DNA of 64,000 nucleotides from an uncultured Acidobacteriota bacterium (lineage in GTDB: Bacteria > Acidobacteriota > UBA6911): positions 480,001-544,000 of the forward strand of contig CAWEJX010000008.1 of NCBI GenBank assembly GCA_963809485.1. Reading direction: 5' to 3'. This document shows positions 20,821 through 30,986 of this stretch, in pieces. Position numbers and translations under genes: made by a program. The notes beneath the pieces are model-generated. The model was not told where the DNA came from. It searched no databases and saw only the letters and a program-made list of their open reading frames with translations. Positions within the stretch are counted from its first letter, which is position 1; every line of letters begins with the position of its first letter.

Positions 20821-22353
20821 TTAGGTCCCAATGTCTCTGGCAGAGCCGCGCATTCCGGCAATTGCCGCTAAAACAGTAATGATAGCACACAGGAAAATGA
20901 AAACGTCGCCATAACGGGTGTAGGGTGTTTGATCCGCAATAAATGCAAAACCGCCCCGGCAAACGGCTTCCTTTAGAATGCCTGTGGGTGATTGGATCTT
21001 TCCCGTAGGCTCGATTACGGCGGTGATCCCGGAATTCGCGGCCCGGAGCAGATACCTGCGGTTTTCAATTGCCCTCCAGCGCGCAATGGCAAGATGCTGA
21101 TACGGGGCGGAGCTGTTCCCGTACCAGCGGTCATTGGTTAAATTCACGATCAGCCGGCTGCCTTCCCTGACGAAACGCCGCACCAGGCCCGGGAAGGCCG
21201 CCTCAAAACAGATGATGGCATTAGCAGGATATTGCCCGACATGCACGATGCGATAGTCACTCCCGGGAGCAAAACTGCCGACATCTTTGGAAATGGTTTC
21301 CACGAAGGAAAACATCTTTTTAAGCGGGATGTACTCCCCAAAAGGCACCAGGTGGATCTTGTCGTAGATGCCTGCCAGATTTCCCTTTGCATCCAGAAAA
21401 TAGGCGCTGTTGAAGTATCGCTCCTGGCCCTGCACCACCCTGTAGCTGATGTTGTTGAAAACCAGTCCCAGCGAGTAACGTTTCGCCAGGCTCTCGAGCA
21501 TTTCGCGATAGGCCGGATCATTTTCAAAAGACACCGGGGACGGAGACTCGGGCAGAACCAGCAGATCAGGCGCCGGAGGTCCCAGGCTGTCCGCCATGCG
21601 CACATAGCCCCGCTGGAATTTATCCATCAGGACCTGTTGATCATCATCGATATCCAGGTTCCCCTGGAGCATGGCGGCCTGAAAGGCCGGCCTGAACTTT
21701 CCCCAATGCCGCAGGGACATTTCGCCGTACGCCAGGCACCCGAAGACCATAATCCCGGCTCCAACCAGGGGCGCCCAGACCGCAGGCCTGCGTGTCTTCC
21801 GCAAACAGGGCCAGGCTGCGGCGGTATTCACAGACGCTATCAGGAAAGAAATCCCATAAACTCCCGCGAGGTCCGCAACCTGGATGAGACCCAGCCAGCC
21901 GGACTGTGAGTAACCCGTAAGCAGCCAGGGGAATCCGCCGAACGGTGAAACGCTCTGAGCGTATTCCGAAACCGCCCAAACGAGCGGGAATAAGAGAAAA
22001 CACGATTCTCCGCAACGCTTCATCAGGAACTTCACCGCGGCACAAACCGCTGCCGGATAGCATGCGAGCATTGCAGCGGTCAGCGAATATGCAATCCAGG
22101 CCAACGCTTCGGGCAGGCCGCCGTAGCCGGCGAGAACCGTGGGCATCCAGATCAGCAAAGGGAAAAGCTGCAGGATTCCCGCCAGAAATCCGCCCGCCAA
22201 AGCCTGCGCCACGGATTTTGCGCGGAAAACAAATAGGAGCAGCGGGATGAAAGCTACCCATGCCAGATAGCCTTGGTTGAACTGCGGGAAGGATGCCGCC
22301 AGGAGAAGCCCGGTCAGCGCCGGCAGAAGCAGCTGCATGGCATGGTTCTTCAA
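20821..22353 (-). CDS. lnt: Apolipoprotein N-acyltransferase
   Basis: Multiple TMs, GFPW, QGN, LPES, YDKIHLVPFGEY, ICFE, TNDRWY, RAANSG. Confidence 0.94.
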   Translation of the reverse strand: MKNHAMQLLLPALTGLLLAASFPQFNQGYLAWVAFIPLLLFVFRAKSVAQALAGGFLAGILQLFPLLIWMPTVLAGYGGLPEALAWIAYSLTAAMLACYPAAVCAAVKFLMKRCGESCFLLFPLVWAVSEYAQSVSPFGGFPWLLTGYSQSGWLGLIQVADLAGVYGISFLIASVNTAAAWPCLRKTRRPAVWAPLVGAGIMVFGCLAYGEMSLRHWGKFRPAFQAAMLQGNLDIDDDQQVLMDKFQRGYVRMADSLGPPAPDLLVLPESPSPVSFENDPAYREMLESLAKRYSLGLVFNNISYRVVQGQERYFNSAYFLDAKGNLAGIYDKIHLVPFGEYIPLKKMFSFVETISKDVGSFAPGSDYRIVHVGQYPANAIICFEAAFPGLVRRFVREGSRLIVNLTNDRWYGNSSAPYQHLAIARWRAIENRRYLLRAANSGITAVIEPTGKIQSPTGILKEAVCRGGFAFIADQTPYTRYGDVFIFLCAIITVLAAIAGMRGSARDIGT

Positions 22354-23078
22354 TTGGTTTTTATGAAGGACGTGAATCCGCTCTTCTTCAGCCGGAGCTG
22401 CATGGCTACCGCATCGGCCCGGGATTTGAAATTTCCTACCTTGACAAGATACAGCTGGCCGGCCGAGCCGGGAGGCTCCACCCTGCAGTCGAACCCCTTG
22501 GCCTTCAGCATGCGTGCCTTGACATCCGACTCGGATTTTTGACGGAAAGCGCCGACCTGCACCGAGTAGCCGATCGGCCCGGCAGCTGCCGCAGCCGGCT
22601 TGGGGGCGGTCCCGGCAGCAGTTTCAATACTTGGCTCATCCACGGTCTTCGCAATGGTTGAAGCGGTGCCTGAAGCCGTTGTTGTTTTCTGTTTGGCGGC
22701 GGCATCCGCTGTGGCGACGGGGGTTCCCTTTTTGGGCGGCGCCGGCATTATTTTTTGGGTGTTGTCGGGCTCCCCTTCTTTCCGGTTTACGGTCTTATAC
22801 CAGTCCAGCGGCTGCTCCTCCGTTCCCTCCTTCGGAGTCTCCGCAACAGGGCTCGAGTCGGCCGGCTGCGTCGCTTGGGCCTGAGTGCTGTCGGAATCCC
22901 CACTGGGCATGGACTCCGCGGCTGCCTGAATTCCTTCCTGGTATCCCTGGCGCTTACCCTCGACGAATCCCACCACAAAAGAGCATCCGAGAATCGCAAC
23001 GAGCAAAACAAACGCGATTATGAGCTTACGATTGTCCAGCACAACTTCTATCCCGGCTTCCGAAGCATTCTCCGCCAT
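22350..23078 (-). CDS. SPOR domain cell-division protein
   Basis: N-terminal TM, low-complexity linker, C-terminal YSVQVGAF...YLVKVGNF SPOR domain. Confidence 0.85.
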   Translation of the reverse strand: MAENASEAGIEVVLDNRKLIIAFVLLVAILGCSFVVGFVEGKRQGYQEGIQAAAESMPSGDSDSTQAQATQPADSSPVAETPKEGTEEQPLDWYKTVNRKEGEPDNTQKIMPAPPKKGTPVATADAAAKQKTTTASGTASTIAKTVDEPSIETAAGTAPKPAAAAAGPIGYSVQVGAFRQKSESDVKARMLKAKGFDCRVEPPGSAGQLYLVKVGNFKSRADAVAMQLRLKKSGFTSFIKTN

Positions 23079-23094
23079 CACGACTCTCTCCTCG

Positions 23095-23353
23095 CTGAAC
23101 GTTGAACGTTTGAACGTTAGAACGTTAAACGTTAAAAACAAATCACGTCTTCTGACATGAACGTTTCAATCATCAATCTTTTTTTAAGGTGCAAACCTTG
23201 CAACGTGAAAACGTTTGAACGTTTGAACGTTGAACGTTAAAAACAAATGTGTTTTTCCCAGAATTTGCCGTATCAATGGATACTGCTTTATAAACGTGCA
23301 AACGTTTAAACGTTCTAACGTGCCAACGTTCCAACGTTCTAGCGTTCAACGTC
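23095..23353. repeat. Clusters of (T)GAACGTT / AACGTT(C)(C/A) 7-8-mer arrays
   Basis: Arrays at 23095-23136, 23192-23240 and 23292-23353; the last overlaps the SPFH gene stop. Confidence 0.88.
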
Positions 23354-24100
23354 TTTTTTGGGCACTAACCAGTCTTTTATGATGTCGATGGGCACGGGGA
23401 AAACAACGGTCGTATTCTTCTCCACGCCGATCTCGGTTAATGTTTGCAGATATCGCAGCTGCAGTGCAACAGGTTCTTTATTTATGACGCCGGCCGCCTC
23501 CGCGAGCTTGGCTGCAGCCTGGAATTCGCCATCGGCGTGAATGATTTTTGCGCGCTTCTCGCGCTCCGCCTCAGCCTGCTTGGCCATGGCCCGCTGCATC
23601 ACCTCGGGCAGGTCCACCTGCTTGACCTCGACAAGGCCGACCTTGATACCCCAGGCGTCCGTGTGCTGATCGAGTATTTCCTGAAGCTTGACGTTCAGCT
23701 TCTCCCGGCGGCTCAGAAGGTCATCCAGTTCGACTTCGCCCAACACCGAACGCAGCGTGGTCTGGGCAAGCTGAGAAGTTGCGTACATATAATTCTCAAC
23801 CTCAACAATTGCCCGCGGGGCGTTCATCACACGGAAATAGACGATCGCATTGACCTTCACCGACACGTTGTCGCGTGTGATGATGTCCTGGGGCGGGACT
23901 TCAAGCACGATCGTCCGCAGGCTGACGCGCACCAGCTTGTAGATCGGCCAGAGGACAAATACCAGGCCGGGGCCCATAGCCTTCGGCAGAAGACGGCCCA
24001 GCCGGAACACGACTCCCCTTTCATACTCCCTAAGAATATGGATCGTGCTCCACAGGTACAGCAGAACGATAACAATGCCTACCAGCAGCGTTGATTCCAT
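23339..24100 (-). CDS. Stomatin-like SPFH (slipin) protein
   Basis: [50 protein letters not shown]. Confidence 0.93.
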   Translation of the reverse strand: MESTLLVGIVIVLLYLWSTIHILREYERGVVFRLGRLLPKAMGPGLVFVLWPIYKLVRVSLRTIVLEVPPQDIITRDNVSVKVNAIVYFRVMNAPRAIVEVENYMYATSQLAQTTLRSVLGEVELDDLLSRREKLNVKLQEILDQHTDAWGIKVGLVEVKQVDLPEVMQRAMAKQAEAEREKRAKIIHADGEFQAAAKLAEAAGVINKEPVALQLRYLQTLTEIGVEKNTTVVFPVPIDIIKDWLVPKKDVER

Positions 24101-24124
24101 GAGAGCCTCCCTGAAAAGTGCGGC

Positions 24125-25417
24125 TTATTGCCCGACCTCCTCAACTTTCAGCATAAGGTTTTCAACGTCCACAACTCTTACGCTCTTCCCTGCAGGTATG
24201 GGAGAGGCGGAGCGCGCAGTCCAATATTCTCCACGGACCTTGACGCGTCCGCTCTGGTGAACGTCGCTGTCGGCAATCCCTATCAGGCCGATCATCCCCT
24301 GGTCGCCGGTTGCGGCCTTCTGCCTGAAGGACTTGAACAGAGCGATCAGCAGGATAAGGAAGATGGCGGCAAACGGCAGAGCCAGCGCAAGCGCCGTGTA
24401 GAGGCCGATCCGGACCGCCGGATCGGGCGAATCGATAAGGATCAGCATCCCCATAACCATAGCCACTAATCCTCCTATGCCGAGCACACCGAATCCCCCG
24501 ACCTTGACCTCGGCCACAAACAATCCTAAAGCCAGAATTATCAAAAGAACGCCCACGTAATTGATCGGCAGGAAGGAAAGCCCAAGCACCGACAGCAGCA
24601 CGCAGATGCCCCCGATCACTCCCGGCGCGATGAGCCCGGGATGAGTGAACTCGAAGTACAGCAGGAGAAGCCCGAAAATTCCCAACAGCAGCGCCAGGTT
24701 CGGTTGTGAAACTGCCGCCAGCAGCTTCTCTCGCGCCGTCATGCGGTATTCGACAATTTTCCGGCCCTGCAGGTCGAGAACGCGCTCCTCTCCCGAAAAG
24801 GACCGCACCTTATACCCCTGCAGTTTGCCCAGAAGCTCCGGCTCGTTCCCGGCAACAAAGTCTATGAGATGGGCCGCGAGAGCTTCCGCTTCGGTGAAGG
24901 ATTTGCTCTCCAATACACCCTTCTCCGCTTCCGCCACATTGCGGTTGCGTTTGCCGGCAATGCTGCGCAAATATGCTGTCGAATTGCTGGTGATTTTTTC
25001 CGTCAGGGTTTTGCCGGCCTGGCCGCCGTCGACGGGAAACCCGCCAATGGCCATAAGCGGATGGGCTGCGCCGGTATTGGTGCCCGGAGCCATGACCGCC
25101 ACATCAGCCGCCAAAAGGATAAAAAAGCCCGCCGAAGCCGCTTTGGCGCCGCTCGGAGCAACGTAAACCACGACGGGCACCTTGCTTCTCAGAATCCGCC
25201 CGATGATCTCCTCCATGGAAGACCCAAATCCGCCGGGAGTCTGAAGACGCATCAGGAAAATTTCAGCCCGCTCCGCCTCGGCCCGGTCGATGCTGCGGAC
25301 CACGAAACCCGCGGTCACGGGATCGATGGCGCCGTCAACCTCGATGCGCGCAATATCGCCCCGCGCAGGAAGAGCGACAAAGAGAAGCAATAAGGTTAAC
25401 GATAATATTCGTGACAT
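24125..25417 (-). CDS. nfeD: NfeD family membrane-bound serine protease
   Basis: TPGG, AASAG, APGTNTGAAHP ClpP-like domain, TM region, C-terminal OB fold VRGEYW; paired with SPFH gene. Confidence 0.9.
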   Translation of the reverse strand: MSRILSLTLLLLFVALPARGDIARIEVDGAIDPVTAGFVVRSIDRAEAERAEIFLMRLQTPGGFGSSMEEIIGRILRSKVPVVVYVAPSGAKAASAGFFILLAADVAVMAPGTNTGAAHPLMAIGGFPVDGGQAGKTLTEKITSNSTAYLRSIAGKRNRNVAEAEKGVLESKSFTEAEALAAHLIDFVAGNEPELLGKLQGYKVRSFSGEERVLDLQGRKIVEYRMTAREKLLAAVSQPNLALLLGIFGLLLLYFEFTHPGLIAPGVIGGICVLLSVLGLSFLPINYVGVLLIILALGLFVAEVKVGGFGVLGIGGLVAMVMGMLILIDSPDPAVRIGLYTALALALPFAAIFLILLIALFKSFRQKAATGDQGMIGLIGIADSDVHQSGRVKVRGEYWTARSASPIPAGKSVRVVDVENLMLKVEEVGQ

Positions 25418-25446
25418 GGCGTTTGGTCTTATTGTAGCACGATGGA

Positions 25447-25580
25447 GGTTAAACGTTGAACGTTTGAACGTTTTAACGTTGAACGTTTGCACGTTTGAAC
25501 GCTAAAAACTATACAAGTTATGGGGATCTCTGTGATCCTCGCGTTTGCTTTTAACGTTTAACGTTTAACGTTCAACGTTT
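25447..25580. repeat. Inverted AACGTT 7-8-mer arrays
   Basis: 25447-25505 (TGAACGTT type) and 25550-25580 (AACGTTT/C type); overlaps the lipA stop. Confidence 0.88.
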
Positions 25581-26431
25581 TGTTCGTGCGCGTGGTACGA
25601 GGAACGCACGAGCGGCCCCGAAGCGACGTGCCGGAAACCCATGGAATACGCCAAATCGCGGAATTCCCTGAACTCGTCCGGTGTGTAGAATTTCTCCACG
25701 GGCAGGCTTTCGCGGGTCGGCTGCAGATATTGACCCAGCGTCACGATATCCACGTCGGCCTCGCGCAGATCCCTTAATACATCCAGGATCTCATCGCGGC
25801 TTTCACCCAGGCCAAGCATGATGCCGGACTTTGTCGTTACCCGGATGCCGAAGGATTTGGCGTTTGCGAGATGACTGAGGGACCGTTGATAGCGCGATCC
25901 TGCCCGCGCCAGCGGATAAAGCCGCGGAACCGTTTCGACATTGTGGCCCAGAACGTCCGGCACGGCCTCGACAACCGCGCGCAGCGCCTCCGTGCTCCCC
26001 TGGAAATCGGGAATCAGAACCTCGATTCGTATGCCTGGGCAGGAGTCCCGCGTCTTGCGGATTGTCTCGGCAAAAATAGAGGCGCCGCCGTCCTTTAGAT
26101 CGTCCCGGTCCACCGAGGTTATGACGGCATATTTCAGACCCAGTTTCCGGATTGCCTCCGCAATCCGGCGGGGTTCGTCCCGATCGAATGCCGGAGGCAT
26201 GCCGGTCTTCACGGCGCAGAACTTGCACGCCCGTGTGCACACCTCTCCCAGGATCATGAAAGTGGCTGTGCCCGCTCCCCAGCATTCGCCAATGTTGGGG
26301 CAGCGCGCGTCCTCGCAAACCGTATTCAGTTTGTGCTCGTGAACCAGCCCCTTGACCCTGGAATACCCTGCCCCGCCGGGCAGCCTCACCTTCAGCCATT
26401 CCGGCCGGCGCCGATGATTTTCCTGCAGCAT
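25565..26431 (-). CDS. lipA: Lipoyl synthase
   Basis: CEDARCPNIGEC, CTRACKFC, TSVDRDDL, HNVETV, VRSSY. Confidence 0.97.
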   Translation of the reverse strand: MLQENHRRRPEWLKVRLPGGAGYSRVKGLVHEHKLNTVCEDARCPNIGECWGAGTATFMILGEVCTRACKFCAVKTGMPPAFDRDEPRRIAEAIRKLGLKYAVITSVDRDDLKDGGASIFAETIRKTRDSCPGIRIEVLIPDFQGSTEALRAVVEAVPDVLGHNVETVPRLYPLARAGSRYQRSLSHLANAKSFGIRVTTKSGIMLGLGESRDEILDVLRDLREADVDIVTLGQYLQPTRESLPVEKFYTPDEFREFRDLAYSMGFRHVASGPLVRSSYHAHEQNVER

Positions 26432-26502
26432 TGCTTCCTCTCAAAAATATTACACTACACCCATTCAATCCCGATTTTTAGCCAATCTCTCCTCCCCCAT
26501 CT

Positions 26503-26554
26503 TTTAACGTTCAACGTTCAAACGTTAGAACGTTTAAACGTTCCAACGTTCAAC
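26503..26554. repeat. AACGTT 7-8-mer array
   Basis: tttaacgttcaacgttcaaacgttagaacgtttaaacgttccaacgttcaacg between divergent lipA and SNF2 genes. Confidence 0.85.
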
Positions 26555-26588
26555 GCAACAACGAGTATTCCCGAAATGCCATCGTAAA

Positions 26589-29500
26589 ATGTATAATAGT
26601 AGGTTTATGTCGCCATTGGAATTGCTGGGACGGGACGTCAGCCAGAAAATAAAAAACCGCGGCAGGGACTATTTCGAGATGAATGCCGTCCGTATCCTGT
26701 TCGCAGACAAGGAGTTCGTGTCTGCGCGGGTCTCCGGGTCACGCGCTTACGAAGTGGATCTGGAGCGGGACGGGAAGGCCCTCATTTATTCCTGTGATTG
26801 CCCCTATTTTGAAGACCGTTTGGAAGTCTGCAAGCATGTCTGGGCAACCATTCTGGCGGCTGAAAAAAAGGGACTCCTCGGAAATTTGACAGGCGGCGGC
26901 AACCTGGAACTCCTTCCCACGGGTCTTCATGGCGACCTGGATGACGAGGAGCTTGAGGAACTGGACTTTGAAGAAGCCGAAGACTTTCCCGCCTCAATCG
27001 AGTATGAAAGAGCACTTCAGGCTCCAGGGAAACGCCGGGATCCGGCACGCCCCGGCTCCTGGCAGCAGATTCTCAATAAAATTACGCAACAGGAGCCGCC
27101 CGATCCAAGGGTGCCGGCCTGGCCCCCGGACCGGGAAATTCTATATGTCATCGATTACGGCGGCCGGTATTACGGCGCCAACCTGGCGATTCAGGTCGAT
27201 GTGCGCGAGCGCAAAAAAAACCGGGACTGGAAAAAGTCGAAACCCCTGTCGCTTTCGCATGACATGCTTTCCATGATTCCCGATCCGGCCGACCGGGAGA
27301 TTCTTACCCGCCTCATCGGCGTAAAGCGCGAAACCTGGTACCAGGGGCCCTATGAATCCATCTACCGTTTTCAGCCTGCAAAACTTGAGCTGGCTGCGCT
27401 TTTGCCCGTGATTTCCCGCACCGGCCGCCTGTTTTTCCGCACGCCCGAACATGAAACTCCGCTTTCCGTCCACCTCGATGAGGGCGCTCCCTGGGCTTTG
27501 CGGATTGAAGTGCGGGCGGATGAAGATGGACAGCGGTATGAAGTCTGCAGCGCGCTCCGCCGGGACGGCCAGCGCCTCAGCCTTTCCCACCCCGAGCACA
27601 TATTCCGCCAGGGCTTTTTAATCGCCGGCGAAACCATCGCTTTCTTCGAAGGATCTTTCGATTGGATTTCGTTCTTTCGGAGTGAGGGATCCTTTTTCGT
27701 CCCCAGAGAAGAGGCTGTTTCATGGCTGGAAACCATGCTGTCGATTCCGGCCCTTCCCCCGATGGATTTGCCCGACGAATTACGGCTCGAGCAGGTGGAA
27801 GCCACACCCTGCCCGATCGTGCGCGTGAGCACGCGAAAGGAAACCTGGGGCTCCTCCTATCTGCATGCGGAGATGTTCTTCGACTACCAGGGCAATTTCG
27901 TGACGGAAACGGCGCCGGCAACAGGGATTCCCCTTGTTTCGGAGCGGCGGATGATTTTGCGCAACATGGGTTTTGAACGCCTGGCGGCGCAGAAATTCGA
28001 GGAGACCGGCTTCCGGCGCCAGCAAGCCTATGGCGGCAGCCGCTTCTGGACGATCTCCCAATCCCGGCTGCCTTCGGCCGTGCGGGATCTGGTATCGGCC
28101 GGATGGCATGTGGAAGCCGAGGGGAAGCTATTCCGCAATCCGGATTCTTTTAAGCTTCAAATCCATTCCGGCATCGACTGGTTCGAGTTGCACGGCACGG
28201 TTGAGTTCGGCGATGCCCGCGTCGCCATCCCGCGTCTGCTTGCGGCCCTGAAGCGCCGCGAGAACACTATCCGGCTCGACGACGGCAGTTACGGCATGCT
28301 GCCCGAGGAGTGGCTGCAAAAGTACGGGATGCTCGCGAGCCTGGGCACCGCCCAGGCGGATCACGTCCGGTTCAGCCGCAATCAGGCCGGTCTTCTGGAC
28401 GCTCTTCTGGCTTCCCAGCCCGATGTGAGCTGCGACCAGCTTTTCGAAAAGCTGCGCGGCGAACTGCATTCCTTTGGCGGGGTTGAGCCCGCGGACCCCC
28501 CGCCGGGATTTTGCGGGACGCTGCGCCCTTACCAGCGCGAAGGACTGGGCTGGCTGCATTTCCTCGAGCAGTTCGGATTCGGCGGCTGCCTCGCCGACGA
28601 CATGGGACTGGGCAAAACGATCCAGGTCCTGGCGCTGATCGAAGAGCGCCGTGCCCTGCGCGGCGCAAACGGTTCCGCAGACCGCCCGCCTCCATCTCTG
28701 GTGGTGATGCCGCGGTCGCTGGTTTTCAACTGGCGGCGGGAAGCCGAACGGTTTACGCCCAACCTGCGCATCCTGGAACACACCGGGGTCGAGCGCGTAC
28801 GCAGCCACGAACACTTCGACGACTACGATGCGATTTTCACCACTTACGGAACGCTCCGCAGGGATGCGCCGTTCTTCAGGGAGAAGATGTTCGACTACGT
28901 AATCCTGGACGAGGCGCAGGCCATCAAGAATGCATCGACCGAATCGGCCAAAGCGGCCCGCCTGCTGCGCGGCCAGCATCGCCTGGCCTTGAGCGGCACG
29001 CCGATCGAAAATCATCTGGGCGAACTCTGGAGCCTGTTCGAGTTCCTGAATCCGGGCATGCTCGGATCCGCTTCCGTGTTCAAGCTGGGCAAAGGATCCA
29101 TGAGCAAGCTCGACGAGGCTCAACGGGAGCTTCTGGCCCAGGCGCTGCGGCCGTTTATCCTCCGCCGCACCAAGGCGCAGGTAGCCAAAGACCTTCCAGC
29201 CAAAGTGGAACAGACCCTGTTCTGCCAGCTCGAAGCGGCGCAGCGCGCGCTTTACGACGAACTGCGCGATCACTACCGGCGCACCCTTCTGGACCGCATC
29301 GAAACCGAAGGCCTGGAAAAATCCAAGATTCACATCCTGGAAGCGCTCCTCAGGCTGCGCCAGGCGGCGATTCACCCCGGGCTCATCGACCGCTCGCGCG
29401 CCGGCCATGCAAGCGCAAAGCTGGATATGCTGATGCCTCAGCTTGCCGAAGTGCTGGATGAGGGACACAAGGCCCTCGTCTTCTCACAATTCACCTCCAT

Positions 29501-29918
29501 GCTCGCCATCCTGCGCGAGAGGCTTGACAAAGAAAATATCCGCTACGAATATCTGGATGGACAGACGCGCGACCGGGAATCGCCGGTCGAGCGGTTCCAG
29601 AACGATCCGGATTCGAGACTGTTCCTCATAAGCCTGAAGGCGGGAGGATTGGGACTGAACCTTACCGCGGCGGAATATGTGTTTCTACTTGATCCCTGGT
29701 GGAATCCGGCCGTCGAGGCGCAGGCAGTGGACCGGACGCACCGAATCGGGCAGATGCGGTCGGTTTTTGCCTACCGCCTGATCGCCAAAGATACGGTGGA
29801 GGAAAAAGTGCTCGCTTTGCAGAATACAAAGCGCGAAATTGCCGATGCAATCATCAACCAGGACAACAGCCTGATGCGAAACCTCCGCCCGGAGGACCTC
29901 GCGGTTCTGTTAAGCTGA
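26589..29918 (+). CDS. SWIM zinc finger-SNF2 family helicase/ATPase
   Basis: SWIM CDCP...CKH, DDMGLGKT, DEAQ, SGTPIEN, FSQF, SLKAGGLGLNL, DPWWNPAVE. Confidence 0.95.
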   Translation: MYNSRFMSPLELLGRDVSQKIKNRGRDYFEMNAVRILFADKEFVSARVSGSRAYEVDLERDGKALIYSCDCPYFEDRLEVCKHVWATILAAEKKGLLGNLTGGGNLELLPTGLHGDLDDEELEELDFEEAEDFPASIEYERALQAPGKRRDPARPGSWQQILNKITQQEPPDPRVPAWPPDREILYVIDYGGRYYGANLAIQVDVRERKKNRDWKKSKPLSLSHDMLSMIPDPADREILTRLIGVKRETWYQGPYESIYRFQPAKLELAALLPVISRTGRLFFRTPEHETPLSVHLDEGAPWALRIEVRADEDGQRYEVCSALRRDGQRLSLSHPEHIFRQGFLIAGETIAFFEGSFDWISFFRSEGSFFVPREEAVSWLETMLSIPALPPMDLPDELRLEQVEATPCPIVRVSTRKETWGSSYLHAEMFFDYQGNFVTETAPATGIPLVSERRMILRNMGFERLAAQKFEETGFRRQQAYGGSRFWTISQSRLPSAVRDLVSAGWHVEAEGKLFRNPDSFKLQIHSGIDWFELHGTVEFGDARVAIPRLLAALKRRENTIRLDDGSYGMLPEEWLQKYGMLASLGTAQADHVRFSRNQAGLLDALLASQPDVSCDQLFEKLRGELHSFGGVEPADPPPGFCGTLRPYQREGLGWLHFLEQFGFGGCLADDMGLGKTIQVLALIEERRALRGANGSADRPPPSLVVMPRSLVFNWRREAERFTPNLRILEHTGVERVRSHEHFDDYDAIFTTYGTLRRDAPFFREKMFDYVILDEAQAIKNASTESAKAARLLRGQHRLALSGTPIENHLGELWSLFEFLNPGMLGSASVFKLGKGSMSKLDEAQRELLAQALRPFILRRTKAQVAKDLPAKVEQTLFCQLEAAQRALYDELRDHYRRTLLDRIETEGLEKSKIHILEALLRLRQAAIHPGLIDRSRAGHASAKLDMLMPQLAEVLDEGHKALVFSQFTSMLAILRERLDKENIRYEYLDGQTRDRESPVERFQNDPDSRLFLISLKAGGLGLNLTAAEYVFLLDPWWNPAVEAQAVDRTHRIGQMRSVFAYRLIAKDTVEEKVLALQNTKREIADAIINQDNSLMRNLRPEDLAVLLS

Positions 29919-29963
29919 AAAAAACACCAGAGATTTTGGCAATTATGAAAAGGGGGCCCGCTC

Positions 29964-30986
29964 ATGCACAGAAATTGTATTGTTCCACCCTACATGCTGC
30001 GCGCTATCCCCCGGAACGGGGACTCCAGGCAGCAGGCGCTGGCCTGGTCCACGTTGACAGATTCCGAGCAGTTTCGCGGTGAACGCCGGGTGATGACGGT
30101 CCTGGCTCCGCTGGCGGCGACCTCGCCGGGGCGCAAGCGCCGCACGGTTTATGATGCGCGCCACAAATACGACCTGCCCGGCAGGCTGGTCCGATCGGAA
30201 GGCGATCCCAAATCAAGGGACCCGCGGGTCAACGAAGCCTATGACGGCGCCGGGTTCACCTATGACATGTTCAAAAAGGCGTTTTCCCGCAATTCGATTG
30301 ACGACCGCGGCATGCGCATCGATTCGACGGTCCATTACGGGGATTGCTACGACAACGCTTTCTGGAACGGCCGGCAGATGGTCTACGGCGACGGGGACGG
30401 CCGGATTTTCGCCCCGTTCACCAAAGCCCTCGATGTCATCGGCCACGAATTGACCCACGGCATCACACAATGCGAAGCCGGGCTGAATTACCGCGGCCAG
30501 CCGGGCGCCTTGAACGAATCGTTTTCGGACGTCTTCGGAAGCCTGGTCAAACAGTACAGGCGACGCCAGACCGCCAAGGAAGCCGACTGGCTGATCGGCG
30601 CGGACCTGTTTCTTCCGGGCGTAAAGGCCAAAGCCATCCGGTCCATGAGAGAGCCCGGCACGGCCTACAACGATCCCGTGCTGGGCAAGGATCCTCAGCC
30701 CGGCCACATGGACGATTACATTGTCACCGAAGAGGACAACGGCGGCGTGCACCTGAACTCCGGAATCCCCAACCGGGCTTTCTACGAGCTGGCGATGCGC
30801 CTGAAAGGGTACGCCTGGGAGAAAGCGGGCGCTATCTGGTACCTGACCTTGACCGAAAAATTGCGCCCCGGATCGAAATTCCGCGACGCCATGACGATGA
30901 CGCTCACGGCTGCCGCCGAGCTTTACGGCATCAACAGCCGCGAGCAGAAAGCCGTGCGGGAAGCCTGGTCCGAAGTCGGACTATAA
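29964..30986 (+). CDS. Protealysin-like M4 metalloprotease
   Basis: Short propeptide CIVPPYML, NAFWNG, HELTH, GALNESFSD, DNGGVHLNSGIPN; no signal peptide. Confidence 0.93.
   Translation: MHRNCIVPPYMLRAIPRNGDSRQQALAWSTLTDSEQFRGERRVMTVLAPLAATSPGRKRRTVYDARHKYDLPGRLVRSEGDPKSRDPRVNEAYDGAGFTYDMFKKAFSRNSIDDRGMRIDSTVHYGDCYDNAFWNGRQMVYGDGDGRIFAPFTKALDVIGHELTHGITQCEAGLNYRGQPGALNESFSDVFGSLVKQYRRRQTAKEADWLIGADLFLPGVKAKAIRSMREPGTAYNDPVLGKDPQPGHMDDYIVTEEDNGGVHLNSGIPNRAFYELAMRLKGYAWEKAGAIWYLTLTEKLRPGSKFRDAMTMTLTAAAELYGINSREQKAVREAWSEVGL

Noticed and set aside
23079-23141. N-terminal extensions of the SPOR and NfeD ORFs
   Set aside because: Derived from AACGTT arrays; better starts exist at 23078 and 25417
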